Shown one piece after another: positions 19,283 through 30,864 of a stretch of 64,000 nt of DNA. Position 1 is the stretch's first letter. Every line of letters begins with the position of its first letter. The notes under the pieces are model-generated. The model worked only from the letters and a program-made list of their open reading frames with translations, searched no databases and had not been told where the DNA came from. Source of the stretch: Vulcanimicrobiota bacterium (GTDB taxonomy: Bacteria; Vulcanimicrobiota; Vulcanimicrobiia; Vulcanimicrobiales; Vulcanimicrobiaceae); assembly GCA_963786105.1 (NCBI GenBank), contig CAWAXX010000023.1, forward strand, positions 192,001 through 256,000, given 5' to 3'. Both the position numbers and the translations under genes were made by a program.

Positions 19283-22200
19283 TTGCTCTTGAAAGGACGT
19301 ACGTTGCGCCTATTGCCCGGTTTGCTCGTGGCCGTTGGCGGCATTTTCGCGACCGCATCGTGCTCGACGCAGCCGGCCGCTCCGGCAAAGCTGCCCGCGG
19401 TCGCACCCATAGCAAAGCCGGTGCTTCCGGCTTGGATCGCCTCGGTTTCGCCCGTAGGCGGCAAGGTCGAATCGCTGGCGCAAATACGCGTGATCTTCAG
19501 CAAACCGATCGCGCCGGTCGCGTCGCTTTCGGGCGACGGTCCGCGAGCGATCCTCGATCACGTAACCATCGACCCGCCGCTCAAGGGGCGGTTCACCGTG
19601 CTGACGCCGCGCATGATCGGCTTCGTCGCCGAGCAGGCCTTGCCCGTAGGCACGCGGGTCCGGGTTACGCTTGCCTCCGGCTTGCGCGACTTGGCCGGGG
19701 ACGCGCTCAACGGCGACTTGGCGTGGACGTTCGAAACGGCGGCGGTCGAGTTCACGAATCTTCCGGAGCTCACGGTGCCCGATGGCGAATCGACGCCGCC
19801 GCCCGTCGGCCTGCGTCCGAAAATTTCCGTAACCGCAAACTCGGCCGTCGACACGGCGTCCTTAGCCGCGCACGCAAGCCTCACGGGCGCCGGCGAAAGC
19901 GTTCCCGTTAGCGTCACGCTCGAAGCACAACCCACGCCGTTTCCGGGCAGCGGTGCGGCCGAATCGTTCGACCCGTCGTTGAAAGACTGGGTTTACGACG
20001 TCATCCCGCAGCGCGATCTACACCTCGCGCAAGAGTATACCCTCGACATCGCGCCGGGGGTCGAGCCGGCCTACGGCAACGTTGCGACCGCCAAAGCGTT
20101 TACCGGAGGAGTGCGCACCTACGGAGCTTTGGCGATCGTCGCGACGCCGCGCCCGGGCGCCAACGACGGCGGCAGGTTTGCCGACGGGGATCCGGCGATC
20201 GCGTTTACTAATTCGCTCGATCCTGCGTCGATCGCGGGCGCGGTGAGCGTTTCGCCGGCTCCCGCCAACGTCAAATCCTTGGCGCAGCTTTCCGACGACG
20301 CCAGCTCGATTGCGATCGACCCCTACGCCCTCGATCCTGACTCGACCTACGCCGTGACGATCGCCGCCAGCGTCAAAGACGTCTTCGGGCAAACGCTCGG
20401 ACGCCCGCAAACGGTGACCGTTCGTACCGGCGACTTTGCGCCGGGCGCATGGGCGCCGACGGGTTCGAGCGTCGTACCGGCCGGACTGCAGGTGGCGCTG
20501 AACTTTTACGCCACCAATCTTCCCGGCAATCGATATCAAGCCGCGTACGCGCGGATGGATCCGCGAGGGCTGTTCGACTATCCCGACCCGCTCAAGACTC
20601 TGCCGGCGTGGCGGAGCTGGGACGCGCAGACGTTGAGCGGCGCGCGCCGTAACGTTCAGAGCGTCGTGCGGGTTCCGCTGCAAGGCCGGCTCGGCGGTAC
20701 GTTCGGTGCGCTCGCTTACGGCTTTCGCACCGCGCTCGATTCCAGCGACGGTTCCCCGAGCTTGACGGGTATCGCGCAGTTGACGAATCTCGGAGTCTTC
20801 GGGCAGTTCTTTCCGGATCGGGGCATGGTGTTGGTACAACACTTGAGCGACGGGGCGCCGGCCGCCGGCGTTCGGGTGACGCTCTATCGAAACATCGGTG
20901 GATCGAATGGTGCAACCGGCCCGGCGAAATGCGCGGACGCTACGACGGGAAGCAGCGGAGAAGCCGATTTTCACGGTGTCGATCTCGAGCGTTGCTACGC
21001 CGGAAGCACCACCAGCGACGCTCCCAATTTGGGCGTCGTCGCAACCGAGGGAAGCGATTCGGCGACGCTTTCGATCCTCGGCGCGAACGACGTCTATCGC
21101 TTCGACGTCAATCCGGGCTGGTCGAACGGCGCACCGCTGTCGCGTGGGACGGTTTTCAGCGACCGGCAGATGTATCAGCCCGGCGAGCGCGGCGAAATTA
21201 CAGGCGTGGCCTATTACGTGAGCGGTACGCGCGTCGTTGCCGACCGCAATGCCGTCTATCGCGTATCGCTCGTCGATCCGAGCAACAACTCGAGTTCGCT
21301 CGGCACCGCAAAAACCGATGCGTACGGAATCTTTTCCCTGCCGATCGCTTTTTCGAAACGGCAAGCATTGGGATACTACGCGGTCGATGCGAAGGGTGCC
21401 AGCGGCAACGACGTCAGCGGTTCTTTGCGCGTCGCCGAATTCAAGCCGCCGAACTTCAAGCTGACCCTCGACGTCAGCGCGGCCGCGGCGCCGGCGGGCG
21501 CCAGCGTCCACGCGACGGCTGCCGCCGCCTATCTCTTCGGCGCACCGTTGCAAGGTGGCGCGGTTCACGCCTACGTCACGCGTGAAGCCGCCACCGTAGC
21601 CCCGAAAGGATGGGACGATTTTTGGTTCGGACGCCAATGGTTCTGGCCTGAGAACACGCCCTCGTTCGACACCGACGTGCTGCAGCGCGATCTCGCGCTC
21701 GACGCGCAAGGCAAGACGAGCCTCGACGTCGCGGTTCCGGCGAGTCTTCCGTTTCCGATGACGTACACGGTCGACATGGAAGCGACCGACGTCTCGAATC
21801 TTTCGGTCTCCGATTCGAAGACGTTTCTGGCGCTGCCGGCGGATGCGGTCATCGGAATGGCTGCGGACGTGGTTGGATCTGCCGGAAAACCGATGCCGAT
21901 TCGCACGATCGTGACGGACGCCGACGGCCACGCCGTCGCCGGTCGCAGCCTTCACCTCGAGCTGCAAAAAATGACGTATACGTCGGCTACGCAACAAATG
22001 GAGGGCGGCGAAAGCGCGCAGCAGGCGGTGAAATACGAGACGGTCGCCACCGCCGACGCTACGACGGCGGATAAGGCGGTCGTGGTGAACCTTACGCCGG
22101 ATGCCGCCGGCCCGTACCGCGTGCGCGCCAACTTCGCCGGTGCGAAGGGCGAGGCTAGCGCAACCGACATTCAGATTTTTGCCTTCGGCACGGGCGAAGC

Positions 22201-24940
22201 GGACTGGGGCCAATCGGATCCGAACTCCATTGCCGTTCAACTCGACAAGAAATCTTACGCGATCGGCGATACGGCGACGGCGTTGGTGGCGTCGCCGTTC
22301 GATCGTGCGGACGTTTACGTCGCAGTCGTTCGCGGAGACGCACTCTATCGCACGACCCTTCGCGACGTGAGGGGCGCGACGCGCGTTTCTTTCAAGATCA
22401 CGCAGGAGATGCTCCCGAATGCTGCGATCGAAGCCGTCGTGGTGCGCCGCGGGGCCAACGTCGCATCGTTGAAGCCGGGGTCGCTCGACACGTTGTCGCG
22501 CGTCGGCATGGCGGCGTTCGACGTCGACGTGGCCGAACGCTATCTCACGCTCGGGATTGCGCCGCAGGCCGCGACGGTCGCTCCCGGCGATTCGCAGCGC
22601 GTGACCTTTACGCTGGCGCGCAAGAACGGCGGCCCGGCGCCGGGCGAAATCGTAGCCATGGTCGTCAACGACGCGATCCTGCAGCTCTCGGGATATCGGC
22701 TTCCCGACCTGGTGACAACCGTTTTTGCCCAGCAGCCGATATCGACGATTCTCTCGGACAATCGCGAGAGCGTGGTGCTCAAAACGCAGATGCCGCCGGC
22801 GGAAAAAGGCTTCGGATACGGTGGAGGCTATCTGGCGGGCGCGGCCAGCACGCGCGTGCGTCAGCATTTTTTGCCGACGGCTTATTACGGCGTGGTGAAG
22901 ACCGATTCGTCGGGCAAGGCGACCGTGACGTTCGCGATGCCCGACGACCTTACGACGTGGCGGGTGATGGCGGTCGCGATCGGGGGAGATGACGCACATT
23001 TCGCGACCGGCGATTCGACCTTCGTTTCGACGCAGCCGCTGATCAGCAATCCGCTGTTACCGCAGTTCGCGCGCACCGGCGATACGTTCGATGCCGGAGT
23101 TTCGCTGTCTAACCAAACCGGCGCCGGCGGGGCGTTGGACCTCGTTTTGAAACTCACCGGGGCGCTGACGTTTGCGGGCGGCGATCCCCGCTCGCAAACT
23201 GCCAACGAACAAGCCGTAACCGGCATGCAGGCGTACCGCTTCCCGGTCGTTGCCGGCACGCCCACGCCGAGCAGTTTCGGCGCTTCCAGCGTGCTTGGAG
23301 CGCAGCGCGACGCGTTCGCGGTGCCGTTTACCATCAGCAACGCCGCGATCACCGATTCGGTCATTGAAAGCGGCGCGGCGACGAAGGGCACACCCGCGAC
23401 GATTCCCATCGCGCTCGATCGCGGCGGTTGGGTAAACGTGACGCTGGCAAACTCGATCGTCCCGCAGTTTGCCGTGCCTTCGGACGAAATGATGATGCGC
23501 GACCCGTTGCCGCTGGCCGACGAAACGGCGTCGCGGCTCGTGGTGGCGAGCGCGCTGAAGGGTCTGCGCGCACCATACCGACTGAAGCTCGGCTTCGATC
23601 CGGCGGCGGAAGCCGGTGCGAATCTCACGCGGCTGCTGGCATTTCAGCGCGGCGACGGCGGTTTCGGTGAGACGCTCGCGACACGCGAAAGCGATCCGTT
23701 CGTCAGCGCCTACGCACTCGATGCGCTGCTGTTCGCGCGCGCGCACGGCGTCGCCGTGGATACGGCAGCAGCCTCGCGCGCTCGCGCGTTCATGGCTGCG
23801 GCGTTAGCCAATCCGGGACGCTTTCGGTGGTGCGCGGACGCGCTCTGCAAAGCGCAACTGCGATTCGAGGCGCTTTGGGCGCTCGCGCAGGCCGGCGATC
23901 GCCGCACCGATTTTCTGAGCGACATCGTCGCGCGGTCGTCGTCTTTCGACAGCGCGACCCAAATACGTCTCGCGCGCTACTTATTGCAAACGTCGGGCTG
24001 GCAAGGGCAGGGCGCGGCGATGTCCGACCATGCGGTGCAAACGCTCTACATCACCGGCCGATATGCGGTTGCCAACGCGTCGACGCGCTGGGGCTGGCTG
24101 GGTTCGTTGGTCGATGCGCAAGCGCAAATCTTGCAGCTGCTGATCGAACGGCGCGCTCCAGTCGAGCAGCTCGACGGTGCGGTGCGTGCATTGGTAGCCC
24201 AGCAGTGCAAGTGTGGATGGCCGACAACGACCGACACGGCCTCGGCCTTGACGGCGCTCGCGGCGTACGCCCGGACGGAACGTCTCGGGCCGGCCACCGG
24301 AAAAGTAACCGTCGGCGGCGCCACTGTCGCAACTGCTCCGTTCGGGGCGACCGCCTCGTCGCAAACCTTCACGTTGGCGGCGTCGTCGTTGCGCGGCAAC
24401 GCGGCGGTCGTGCATGCGCAGGGTGGGACGGTGCACTACGTTCTGCTGTACACGTACGACGTACCCAGCGATGCGCCGGGCGAACTGTCAGCGTTCCGCG
24501 TCGTTCGGCAGGTGACGACGCCGGGGTCGACCGCCGCGCCGCTTGCGACGATCGACCTCGCACCGGCGGCGCCGCTGGACGTCACCACCGGACGCGTCTT
24601 CGACGTCGGCGTGCGGGTCATCGTCGACCATCCCGTCGATCGCATCGTTATCGAAGACGCGCTTCCGGCAGGTTTCGAAGCGGTGGACACGACCTTTCGC
24701 ACGACGCTTAAAGCCGTCGTGCCCCAGAGCGACAGCTGGGAAATCGACACCCAACAGATTTATCGAGACCGCGTCGTCGCTTACGCGCAGCATCTCGACG
24801 CCGGCGTCTACGACGTGCACTACTTGGCGCGCGCGGTGACGCCGGGTAGCTTCCGTTGGCCGGGCGCGCACGCCTACCTAACGGCCGCGCCGGAGCAGTT
24901 TGGGCGAAGCGCTGCCACGACGCTACGCGTTACGCCGTAA
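19283..24940 (+). CDS. Bacterial alpha-2-macroglobulin family lipoprotein (no CxEQ thioester)
   Basis: ATAS-C lipobox; SDRQMYQPGE, VAEFKPP, MPDDLTTWRV, FQRGDGGFG, IEDALPAGFE, ARAVTPGSF. Confidence 0.92.
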   Translation: MLLKGRTLRLLPGLLVAVGGIFATASCSTQPAAPAKLPAVAPIAKPVLPAWIASVSPVGGKVESLAQIRVIFSKPIAPVASLSGDGPRAILDHVTIDPPLKGRFTVLTPRMIGFVAEQALPVGTRVRVTLASGLRDLAGDALNGDLAWTFETAAVEFTNLPELTVPDGESTPPPVGLRPKISVTANSAVDTASLAAHASLTGAGESVPVSVTLEAQPTPFPGSGAAESFDPSLKDWVYDVIPQRDLHLAQEYTLDIAPGVEPAYGNVATAKAFTGGVRTYGALAIVATPRPGANDGGRFADGDPAIAFTNSLDPASIAGAVSVSPAPANVKSLAQLSDDASSIAIDPYALDPDSTYAVTIAASVKDVFGQTLGRPQTVTVRTGDFAPGAWAPTGSSVVPAGLQVALNFYATNLPGNRYQAAYARMDPRGLFDYPDPLKTLPAWRSWDAQTLSGARRNVQSVVRVPLQGRLGGTFGALAYGFRTALDSSDGSPSLTGIAQLTNLGVFGQFFPDRGMVLVQHLSDGAPAAGVRVTLYRNIGGSNGATGPAKCADATTGSSGEADFHGVDLERCYAGSTTSDAPNLGVVATEGSDSATLSILGANDVYRFDVNPGWSNGAPLSRGTVFSDRQMYQPGERGEITGVAYYVSGTRVVADRNAVYRVSLVDPSNNSSSLGTAKTDAYGIFSLPIAFSKRQALGYYAVDAKGASGNDVSGSLRVAEFKPPNFKLTLDVSAAAAPAGASVHATAAAAYLFGAPLQGGAVHAYVTREAATVAPKGWDDFWFGRQWFWPENTPSFDTDVLQRDLALDAQGKTSLDVAVPASLPFPMTYTVDMEATDVSNLSVSDSKTFLALPADAVIGMAADVVGSAGKPMPIRTIVTDADGHAVAGRSLHLELQKMTYTSATQQMEGGESAQQAVKYETVATADATTADKAVVVNLTPDAAGPYRVRANFAGAKGEASATDIQIFAFGTGEADWGQSDPNSIAVQLDKKSYAIGDTATALVASPFDRADVYVAVVRGDALYRTTLRDVRGATRVSFKITQEMLPNAAIEAVVVRRGANVASLKPGSLDTLSRVGMAAFDVDVAERYLTLGIAPQAATVAPGDSQRVTFTLARKNGGPAPGEIVAMVVNDAILQLSGYRLPDLVTTVFAQQPISTILSDNRESVVLKTQMPPAEKGFGYGGGYLAGAASTRVRQHFLPTAYYGVVKTDSSGKATVTFAMPDDLTTWRVMAVAIGGDDAHFATGDSTFVSTQPLISNPLLPQFARTGDTFDAGVSLSNQTGAGGALDLVLKLTGALTFAGGDPRSQTANEQAVTGMQAYRFPVVAGTPTPSSFGASSVLGAQRDAFAVPFTISNAAITDSVIESGAATKGTPATIPIALDRGGWVNVTLANSIVPQFAVPSDEMMMRDPLPLADETASRLVVASALKGLRAPYRLKLGFDPAAEAGANLTRLLAFQRGDGGFGETLATRESDPFVSAYALDALLFARAHGVAVDTAAASRARAFMAAALANPGRFRWCADALCKAQLRFEALWALAQAGDRRTDFLSDIVARSSSFDSATQIRLARYLLQTSGWQGQGAAMSDHAVQTLYITGRYAVANASTRWGWLGSLVDAQAQILQLLIERRAPVEQLDGAVRALVAQQCKCGWPTTTDTASALTALAAYARTERLGPATGKVTVGGATVATAPFGATASSQTFTLAASSLRGNAAVVHAQGGTVHYVLLYTYDVPSDAPGELSAFRVVRQVTTPGSTAAPLATIDLAPAAPLDVTTGRVFDVGVRVIVDHPVDRIVIEDALPAGFEAVDTTFRTTLKAVVPQSDSWEIDTQQIYRDRVVAYAQHLDAGVYDVHYLARAVTPGSFRWPGAHAYLTAAPEQFGRSAATTLRVTP

Positions 24941-24961
24941 AGCGAAACGATTTACTGGGGC

Positions 24962-25402
24962 ATGTACCGCTGCGTTCTGGTGGCCACCGACGGATCCGAG
25001 GCGTCGATGTCGGCCGTTCGCACCGCCGTCGAGCTGACGCGTTCGCTGGGTGGCGACGCTCGGCTGCACGTTGCCTCAGTCGTCGCCTACGCGGGCGTTC
25101 CGGGCGTCCTCGCCAAGCACCCGGCCGGCGCTCCCGACCTGCTCGCCGAAGGGGCGCAAGCCGCGCTCGACGATGCGCGTGCAGCGGTCGCGGCCGAGGG
25201 TCTGGTGGCAGAGATGCACCTCTTACACGGTGAGGTCGTCGAGGCGCTGCTTGCCTGCGCGACAAAGGTCGGCGCGGATATCGTGGTTGCGGGCTTTCAC
25301 GGTCAGAATCGGTTGGCTCGGCTCGTCATGGGCAGCGTGGTCGGGAAGCTCGTGCGGTCGACCAAACTGCCGGTCGTCGTGGTGCCGTCAGCGCGGGAAT
25401 AG
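24962..25402 (+). CDS. Universal stress protein
   Basis: VLVATDGSEAS...ADIVVAG...MGSV...PVVVV. Confidence 0.9.
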   Translation: MYRCVLVATDGSEASMSAVRTAVELTRSLGGDARLHVASVVAYAGVPGVLAKHPAGAPDLLAEGAQAALDDARAAVAAEGLVAEMHLLHGEVVEALLACATKVGADIVVAGFHGQNRLARLVMGSVVGKLVRSTKLPVVVVPSARE

Positions 25403-25478
25403 CGCCGGTTCGGTGAATACGGATGCCCCCCGCCGCGGTTGATGAACAGGAAGCACGTCTGAGGAAAAGAGTGAAAGT

Positions 25479-27302
25479 ATGAGCACGTACCGAGCGCCGT
25501 TGCGCGACATGCAGTTCGCCTTGCGCGAACTTGCCGGCATCGAGGAAATCGCCAAGCTCCCTGGTTGCGAGGACACGCTGGACGTTCTCGATTCGATCCT
25601 CGAAGAAGCCGCCACGTTTGCGAGCGGCGTCTTGGATCCGCTCAATCGAGTGGCCGACAAGGAAGGCTGTACGTTCGCCGACGGTAACGTCGCGACGCCC
25701 CAGGGTTTCAAGGAAGCGTATAAAAAGTTCGCCGACGCGGGCTGGATCGGATTGCCGGTTTCGGCCGAGTACGGGGGCCAGGGATTACCGCAGATTCTGC
25801 TCGGGCCGACGCTCGAGATGTGGAACGCCGCCAACATCGGTTTTGCCAACGGTCCGTTGCTCAATCAAGGCGCGATCGAAGCCATCGAGCTCAAAGGATC
25901 CGACGAACAAAAGAAGCGGTTCATTCCGAACTTGGTCTCGGGGAAATGGACCGGCACGATGTGTCTAACCGAGCCGCAGGCCGGATCGGATCTCGCTCAA
26001 GTCCGAACGAAGGCGGTGCCCGACGGCGATCGTTATCGTCTGATCGGGCAAAAGATTTTCATCACCTTCGGCGAGCACGACATGGCGGAAAATATCGTTC
26101 ATTTGGTCCTCGCACGGCTGCCCGACGCACCGGAAGGTACCAAGGGCATTTCGCTTTTCATCGTACCGAAGTTTCTCGTGAACGACGACGGTTCGCTGGG
26201 AGACGCCAACGAAGTCGTCTGCGCAGGCATCGAGCACAAACTCGGCATCAATGGAAACCCGACGTGCACGATGAGCATCGGCGAGGGTGGAAAGGGTGCG
26301 ATCGGTTACCTCGTCGGTGAGGCGAACCGCGGTCTCGAGTACATGTTCGTGATGATGAACGCCGCGCGTTTCTCCGTCGGCGTGCAAGGTATCGCGCTGG
26401 CGGATCGCGCGTACCAGAGCGCTCTCGAATACGCGAAGGAGCGAGTTCAAGGTCGCGACGTTAAACCGGGTTCGAAGGCGCCCGAGACCATCATCAAGCA
26501 TCCCGACGTACGGCGGATGTTGATGTGGCAGAAGGCGACCATCGAAGCGATGCGCGCTCTGGCTTACGTGACGGCCGCATCGCTCGATTTCGCGCACCGT
26601 CATCCGGACGAAAAAACGCGCAAGGAACACCGGGCGTTCGTCGAGTTGATGATTCCGGTCGTCAAGGGATGGTGTACCGAGAACGCGGTCGATTTGTGCT
26701 CGACGGCACTCCAAGTGTTCGGCGGCATGGGGTACGTTGAAGAGACCGGCATTGCCCAACAGTACCGCGACGTTCGCATCACGACGATTTACGAAGGCAC
26801 CACGGGTATTCAGGCGCTCGATTTGATCGGACGCAAGCTGATACGCGATATGGGTGCGACGGCGACGGCGGTTGGAAAGAAGATGGAAAAGGTCGCCAAG
26901 GAGTGTGCCGCGAGCGAACACGGCGACGTGAAGGCGATCGGCAAGGCGCTCGACGAGGGCTTAGCTTTGCTGGGCCAAACGTCCGGGTGGATCGGAATGA
27001 ACGCGATGTCGGACTTGCACAGAGCCTTTGCTTGTAGCGTCCCCTACCTCAAGTTATGGGGCGTCGTGGCGGGCGGATGGCAGATGGCCCGGGCAGCTCA
27101 AATTGCGGCCGAGAAGATCGCCGCGGGCGACGCCGAATCCGATTTTTACCTCGCGAAACTCGCCACCGCGAAATTCTACGCGACACACGTGCTCTCGCAG
27201 AGCCTCTGGTTTGCGCGTCAAATTCAAGAGGGGTCTGCCGACGTCATGACGCTGGCTGAAAGTCAGTTCGATCTCGATCGCAAGACCGCGGTGACCGCTT
27301 AG
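25479..27302 (+). CDS. Acyl-CoA dehydrogenase
   Basis: GTMCLTEPQAGSDL, GQKIFIT, IEHKLGI, QVFGGMGY, IYEGTTGIQ. Confidence 0.95.
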   Translation: MSTYRAPLRDMQFALRELAGIEEIAKLPGCEDTLDVLDSILEEAATFASGVLDPLNRVADKEGCTFADGNVATPQGFKEAYKKFADAGWIGLPVSAEYGGQGLPQILLGPTLEMWNAANIGFANGPLLNQGAIEAIELKGSDEQKKRFIPNLVSGKWTGTMCLTEPQAGSDLAQVRTKAVPDGDRYRLIGQKIFITFGEHDMAENIVHLVLARLPDAPEGTKGISLFIVPKFLVNDDGSLGDANEVVCAGIEHKLGINGNPTCTMSIGEGGKGAIGYLVGEANRGLEYMFVMMNAARFSVGVQGIALADRAYQSALEYAKERVQGRDVKPGSKAPETIIKHPDVRRMLMWQKATIEAMRALAYVTAASLDFAHRHPDEKTRKEHRAFVELMIPVVKGWCTENAVDLCSTALQVFGGMGYVEETGIAQQYRDVRITTIYEGTTGIQALDLIGRKLIRDMGATATAVGKKMEKVAKECAASEHGDVKAIGKALDEGLALLGQTSGWIGMNAMSDLHRAFACSVPYLKLWGVVAGGWQMARAAQIAAEKIAAGDAESDFYLAKLATAKFYATHVLSQSLWFARQIQEGSADVMTLAESQFDLDRKTAVTA

Positions 27303-27304
27303 TC

Positions 27305-29449
27305 ATGGCGGAAGTACGCGCGCGGTCCGTCGACGGGGCCGCTACGGGCGAGACGATTTGCCTGCTGACTCTCGACAGTCCGCCGGTCAACGCGCTGTCG
27401 TTCGCCTTCTCGGCGCAGTTGCTCGCGGCCGTGGAAGCCGCCGAAAACGATCCGTCGGTGAAAGCGGTGGTGTTCACCGGAGCGAACGGACTCTTCAGCG
27501 CCGGCGCCGACGTGAACGACTTCAATACCGAACCCGCGCCCGACACGAAAACTATCCGCGACGTCATCGCCGCCGTCGAACGCGGGTCGAAGACGTACGT
27601 CGCGGCCATCGACGGCAACGCACTCGGCGGCGGCCTAGAGCTGTCGCTGGCGTGCGATTATCGCATCGCCACCCAGCGCTCGAAAATCGGCCTGCCGGAG
27701 ATCAAACTCGGCCTGCTGCCCGGCGCGGGTGGAACGCAGCGCCTGCCGCGTTTGATCGGCGCGCAAGCGGCGCTCGAGTTCATGCTCAAAGGCAATAGTC
27801 ACTCCGCCGAAAAGGCGAAAGAGCTCGGCGTCGTCGACGAAGTCGTCGAAGACGACGTGACCGGCGCGGCGGTGGCGCTGGTGAAGCGAGCGGGATCCGA
27901 AAAGCGGCGGGTTTCACAACGCAAAGCCTTCATCGGAAAGGGAATCCCCACACAAGCCGGCCCGTTCGTCGTCTCGCAGGCGCATAAGCTGCTGCCGCCC
28001 GAGGACAACGGGGGATATGCCGCCCACAAGCTCGTCGACGCGGTCGAAGCGTCGGTCGAGATGCCGTTCGAATTCGGTATCGCCCGCGAGACGCGGCTGT
28101 TCGAAGAATTGGTGCGTTCGGATCCGTCGTTGGCGTTGAGGCACGTATTCTTCGCCGAACGCGAGCTGCACAAGATTCCGGGACTAGCGGCGGCCGAACC
28201 GCTTCCGATAACCAAGGCTGGAGTCGTCGGCGCCGGCACGATGGGTACCGGGATCGCCATCGCCTTCGCGCAAGCCGGTATTCCAGTCGTAGTCGTCGAT
28301 TCCAATGATGACGCAGTCGACAAGGCGCGCCAAACCGTCATGGGTATGTTCATGTATCAAGTCCAAAAGGGCAAGCTCACGCAAGAGCAGGCCTGGCAGT
28401 GCGGCCGGTCGATCGCGTTCGGCGACGATTATGCCGAGTTGGCCGATGCGGACGTCGTCGTTGAGGCCGTATTTGAAGACATGGACGTAAAAAAGAACGT
28501 TTTTGAGAAACTCGATGCGGTCGCCAAGCCCAGCGCCATTCTCGCAACAAATACGTCCACGCTGGACGTCGACGCGCTGGCCTCGGTGACGCGGCGACCC
28601 GAGAAGTTCGTCGGATTGCACTTCTTCGTGCCCGCCAATATCATGCCGCTGCTGGAAATCGTACGCGGCGCGACGAGTTCGCCCGAGACGCTCGCAACCG
28701 CGTTCAAGCTGGGCAAGTCGCTGCGCAAGACCTCGGTGCTGTCGGCCAACGCCTTCGGGTTCATCGGCAATCGCATGATTTTTGACTACGCGCGCGAGGC
28801 CATCGCGCTGGCGGAAGAAGGCGTGTCGCCTGCACGAGTCGATGCGGTCATGAAAGCCTTCGGCTTCCCAATGGGACCGTTCGCGATGTCGGACCTGTCC
28901 GGTATCGACGTCGCGTGGCACATCGCGCGATCGCGCGGCGAAGAAGGCAAGGGGCGTACCGCCGTCATCGACCGCTTGGTCGAGATGAAACGGCTCGGTC
29001 AAAAAACGATGGCGGGATATTTTACGTACGATAAAACCATCGGCAAAGGCCGCGAGCCGATCCCCGATCCGGAGGTCGAAGCGCTGTTCGCCCAAGAGGC
29101 GCGCAAGGCCGGCATCGTGCCGCGCCATGCCGACGACGACGAGATTCGCGACCGCTTGCTCTTCGCGTTGATCAATCGCGGCGCATACCTCCTCGAGGAG
29201 GGGGTAGCCTTGCGACCCGGCGATATCGACATCGTCTACGTGTACGGTTATGGCTTTCCGCCGCACCGCGGCGGGCCGATGTGGTATGCCGATGCGGTCG
29301 GCGTCGACGTGGTGCGTGCGCGCGTGGAACAGTTCCGCAACGAATTTGGACCGCAGTGGACGCCGGCGCCGTTGCTCGCCCAAATCGCGGCCCGCGGAGG
29401 CACGTTCGCGCGGCACGATGATGCTGCAAAGGAGTTTGTCAATGCGTGA
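27305..29449 (+). CDS. Enoyl-CoA hydratase / 3-hydroxyacyl-CoA dehydrogenase (FadB-like)
   Basis: [51 protein letters not shown]. Confidence 0.95.
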   Translation: MAEVRARSVDGAATGETICLLTLDSPPVNALSFAFSAQLLAAVEAAENDPSVKAVVFTGANGLFSAGADVNDFNTEPAPDTKTIRDVIAAVERGSKTYVAAIDGNALGGGLELSLACDYRIATQRSKIGLPEIKLGLLPGAGGTQRLPRLIGAQAALEFMLKGNSHSAEKAKELGVVDEVVEDDVTGAAVALVKRAGSEKRRVSQRKAFIGKGIPTQAGPFVVSQAHKLLPPEDNGGYAAHKLVDAVEASVEMPFEFGIARETRLFEELVRSDPSLALRHVFFAERELHKIPGLAAAEPLPITKAGVVGAGTMGTGIAIAFAQAGIPVVVVDSNDDAVDKARQTVMGMFMYQVQKGKLTQEQAWQCGRSIAFGDDYAELADADVVVEAVFEDMDVKKNVFEKLDAVAKPSAILATNTSTLDVDALASVTRRPEKFVGLHFFVPANIMPLLEIVRGATSSPETLATAFKLGKSLRKTSVLSANAFGFIGNRMIFDYAREAIALAEEGVSPARVDAVMKAFGFPMGPFAMSDLSGIDVAWHIARSRGEEGKGRTAVIDRLVEMKRLGQKTMAGYFTYDKTIGKGREPIPDPEVEALFAQEARKAGIVPRHADDDEIRDRLLFALINRGAYLLEEGVALRPGDIDIVYVYGYGFPPHRGGPMWYADAVGVDVVRARVEQFRNEFGPQWTPAPLLAQIAARGGTFARHDDAAKEFVNA

Positions 29450-30629
29450 AGCCGCGATCGTTTCGGCGGCGCGCACGCCGATCGGACGGGCCTTTCGCGG
29501 CGCGTTCAACCAAACTCCCGGCGCGACGCTGGCCGGGCACACCGTCAAACACGCCATGGAACGCGCCGGCATCGATCCGGCGGAAGTCGACGACGTCGTG
29601 ATCGGATCGGGATTACCCGAAGGTGCGACCGGAAACAACATCGGCCGCACGGCGGCTTTGCGCGCCGGCTGCCCGGTGACTGTAGCGGGGCAAACCGTGA
29701 GTCGCTACTGCGCGTCGGGACTCGACGCGATCGCCGCCGGGGCGAAGCAAATCATCGCCGACGGCGCGAGCGTTATCGTCGCCGGCGGCGTCGAGTCGGT
29801 GAGCATGGTTCAGAACTATCTCAACATGGAGTTCTACACGGAAGAGTGGCTTTTGCGCCACGCGCCCGACGTGTACATGCCCATGCTCTACACCGCCGAC
29901 AACGTCGCCAAAAAATACGGCGTTTCGCGCGAACGGCAGGACGAGTACGCCTTGCAAAGTCAGGAACGGACGGCGGCGGCTCAGGCGGCTGGCCGTTTTG
30001 ACGCGGAAATCGTCGCGCTGCCTTCTTGGAAGTACGTGCAAGACAAAGGCACTGGCATCGTCACCGAACAACACGTCGTTTTGGGAAAAGACGAAGGCAA
30101 TCGTCCGGATACGACGCTCGAAGCGCTCCAAAAGCTTCCGGGTGCGGTGCCCGGCATCAAAGATACGACCATCACTGCGGGCAATAGTTCGCAGCTCTCA
30201 GACGGCGCTGCGGCCGTGGTGGTGATGGATGCCGAGCTGGCACGCCGCCGCGGTCTCGCACCACTCGGTTTCTATCGCGGATTTGCGGTCGCCGGATGCG
30301 AGCCCGGCGAGATGGGCATCGGCCCCATTTACGCCGTTCCCAAGCTGCTCGCGCAACGCGGCTTGACCGTCGACGACGTCGGCCTTTGGGAACTCAACGA
30401 AGCTTTCGCCGTGCAGACCGTCTATTGCCGCGACGTGCTCGGCATTCCCAACGAGCGATTCAACGTGGACGGCGGCGCGATCTCGATCGGCCATCCCTAC
30501 GGCATGAGCGGGACGCGCATGACGATGCATGCGCTGATCGAAGGCAAGCGGCGCGGCGTCAAATACGTCGTAGTCACGATGTGCATTGGGGGCGGGATGG
30601 GCGCTGCCGGCCTCTTTGAAGTCATCTGA
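29442..30629 (+). CDS. Acetyl-CoA C-acyltransferase (thiolase)
   Basis: [33 protein letters not shown]. Confidence 0.95.
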   Translation: MREAAIVSAARTPIGRAFRGAFNQTPGATLAGHTVKHAMERAGIDPAEVDDVVIGSGLPEGATGNNIGRTAALRAGCPVTVAGQTVSRYCASGLDAIAAGAKQIIADGASVIVAGGVESVSMVQNYLNMEFYTEEWLLRHAPDVYMPMLYTADNVAKKYGVSRERQDEYALQSQERTAAAQAAGRFDAEIVALPSWKYVQDKGTGIVTEQHVVLGKDEGNRPDTTLEALQKLPGAVPGIKDTTITAGNSSQLSDGAAAVVVMDAELARRRGLAPLGFYRGFAVAGCEPGEMGIGPIYAVPKLLAQRGLTVDDVGLWELNEAFAVQTVYCRDVLGIPNERFNVDGGAISIGHPYGMSGTRMTMHALIEGKRRGVKYVVVTMCIGGGMGAAGLFEVI

Positions 30630-30669
30630 GACTTGTAGGCAGCGTGCCATAACGTAACCCCATTTCCTG

Positions 30670-30856
30670 GGGACGTTCGCGTTTTCGGCTCCATCCGAAA
30701 ACGCCCGGCGTCGCCTACGCGCGAGAACTCCAGCTCCCGGAGACGCTCGCGTTTTCGGGTCCGTCCGAAAACGCTACTCGCTTCGTCGCCGCTCCCGCCC
30801 TCCGGGCTCCGCGGCTCCTTCAGACGCTCCGGAAGCTGGACTTCTCGTGCGTAGGC
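30670..30856. repeat. Structured REP-like cassette, copy B plus an extra core hairpin
   Basis: Core hairpins at 30679-30704 and 30749-30774; 27/30 inverted repeat 30713-30742/30827-30856. Confidence 0.8.
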
Positions 30857-30864
30857 TCGTTTCG

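Noticed and set aside
20018..22999. 993-aa antisense ORF and similar long antisense ORFs elsewhere
   Set aside because: Typical stop-poor shadows of high-GC coding strands
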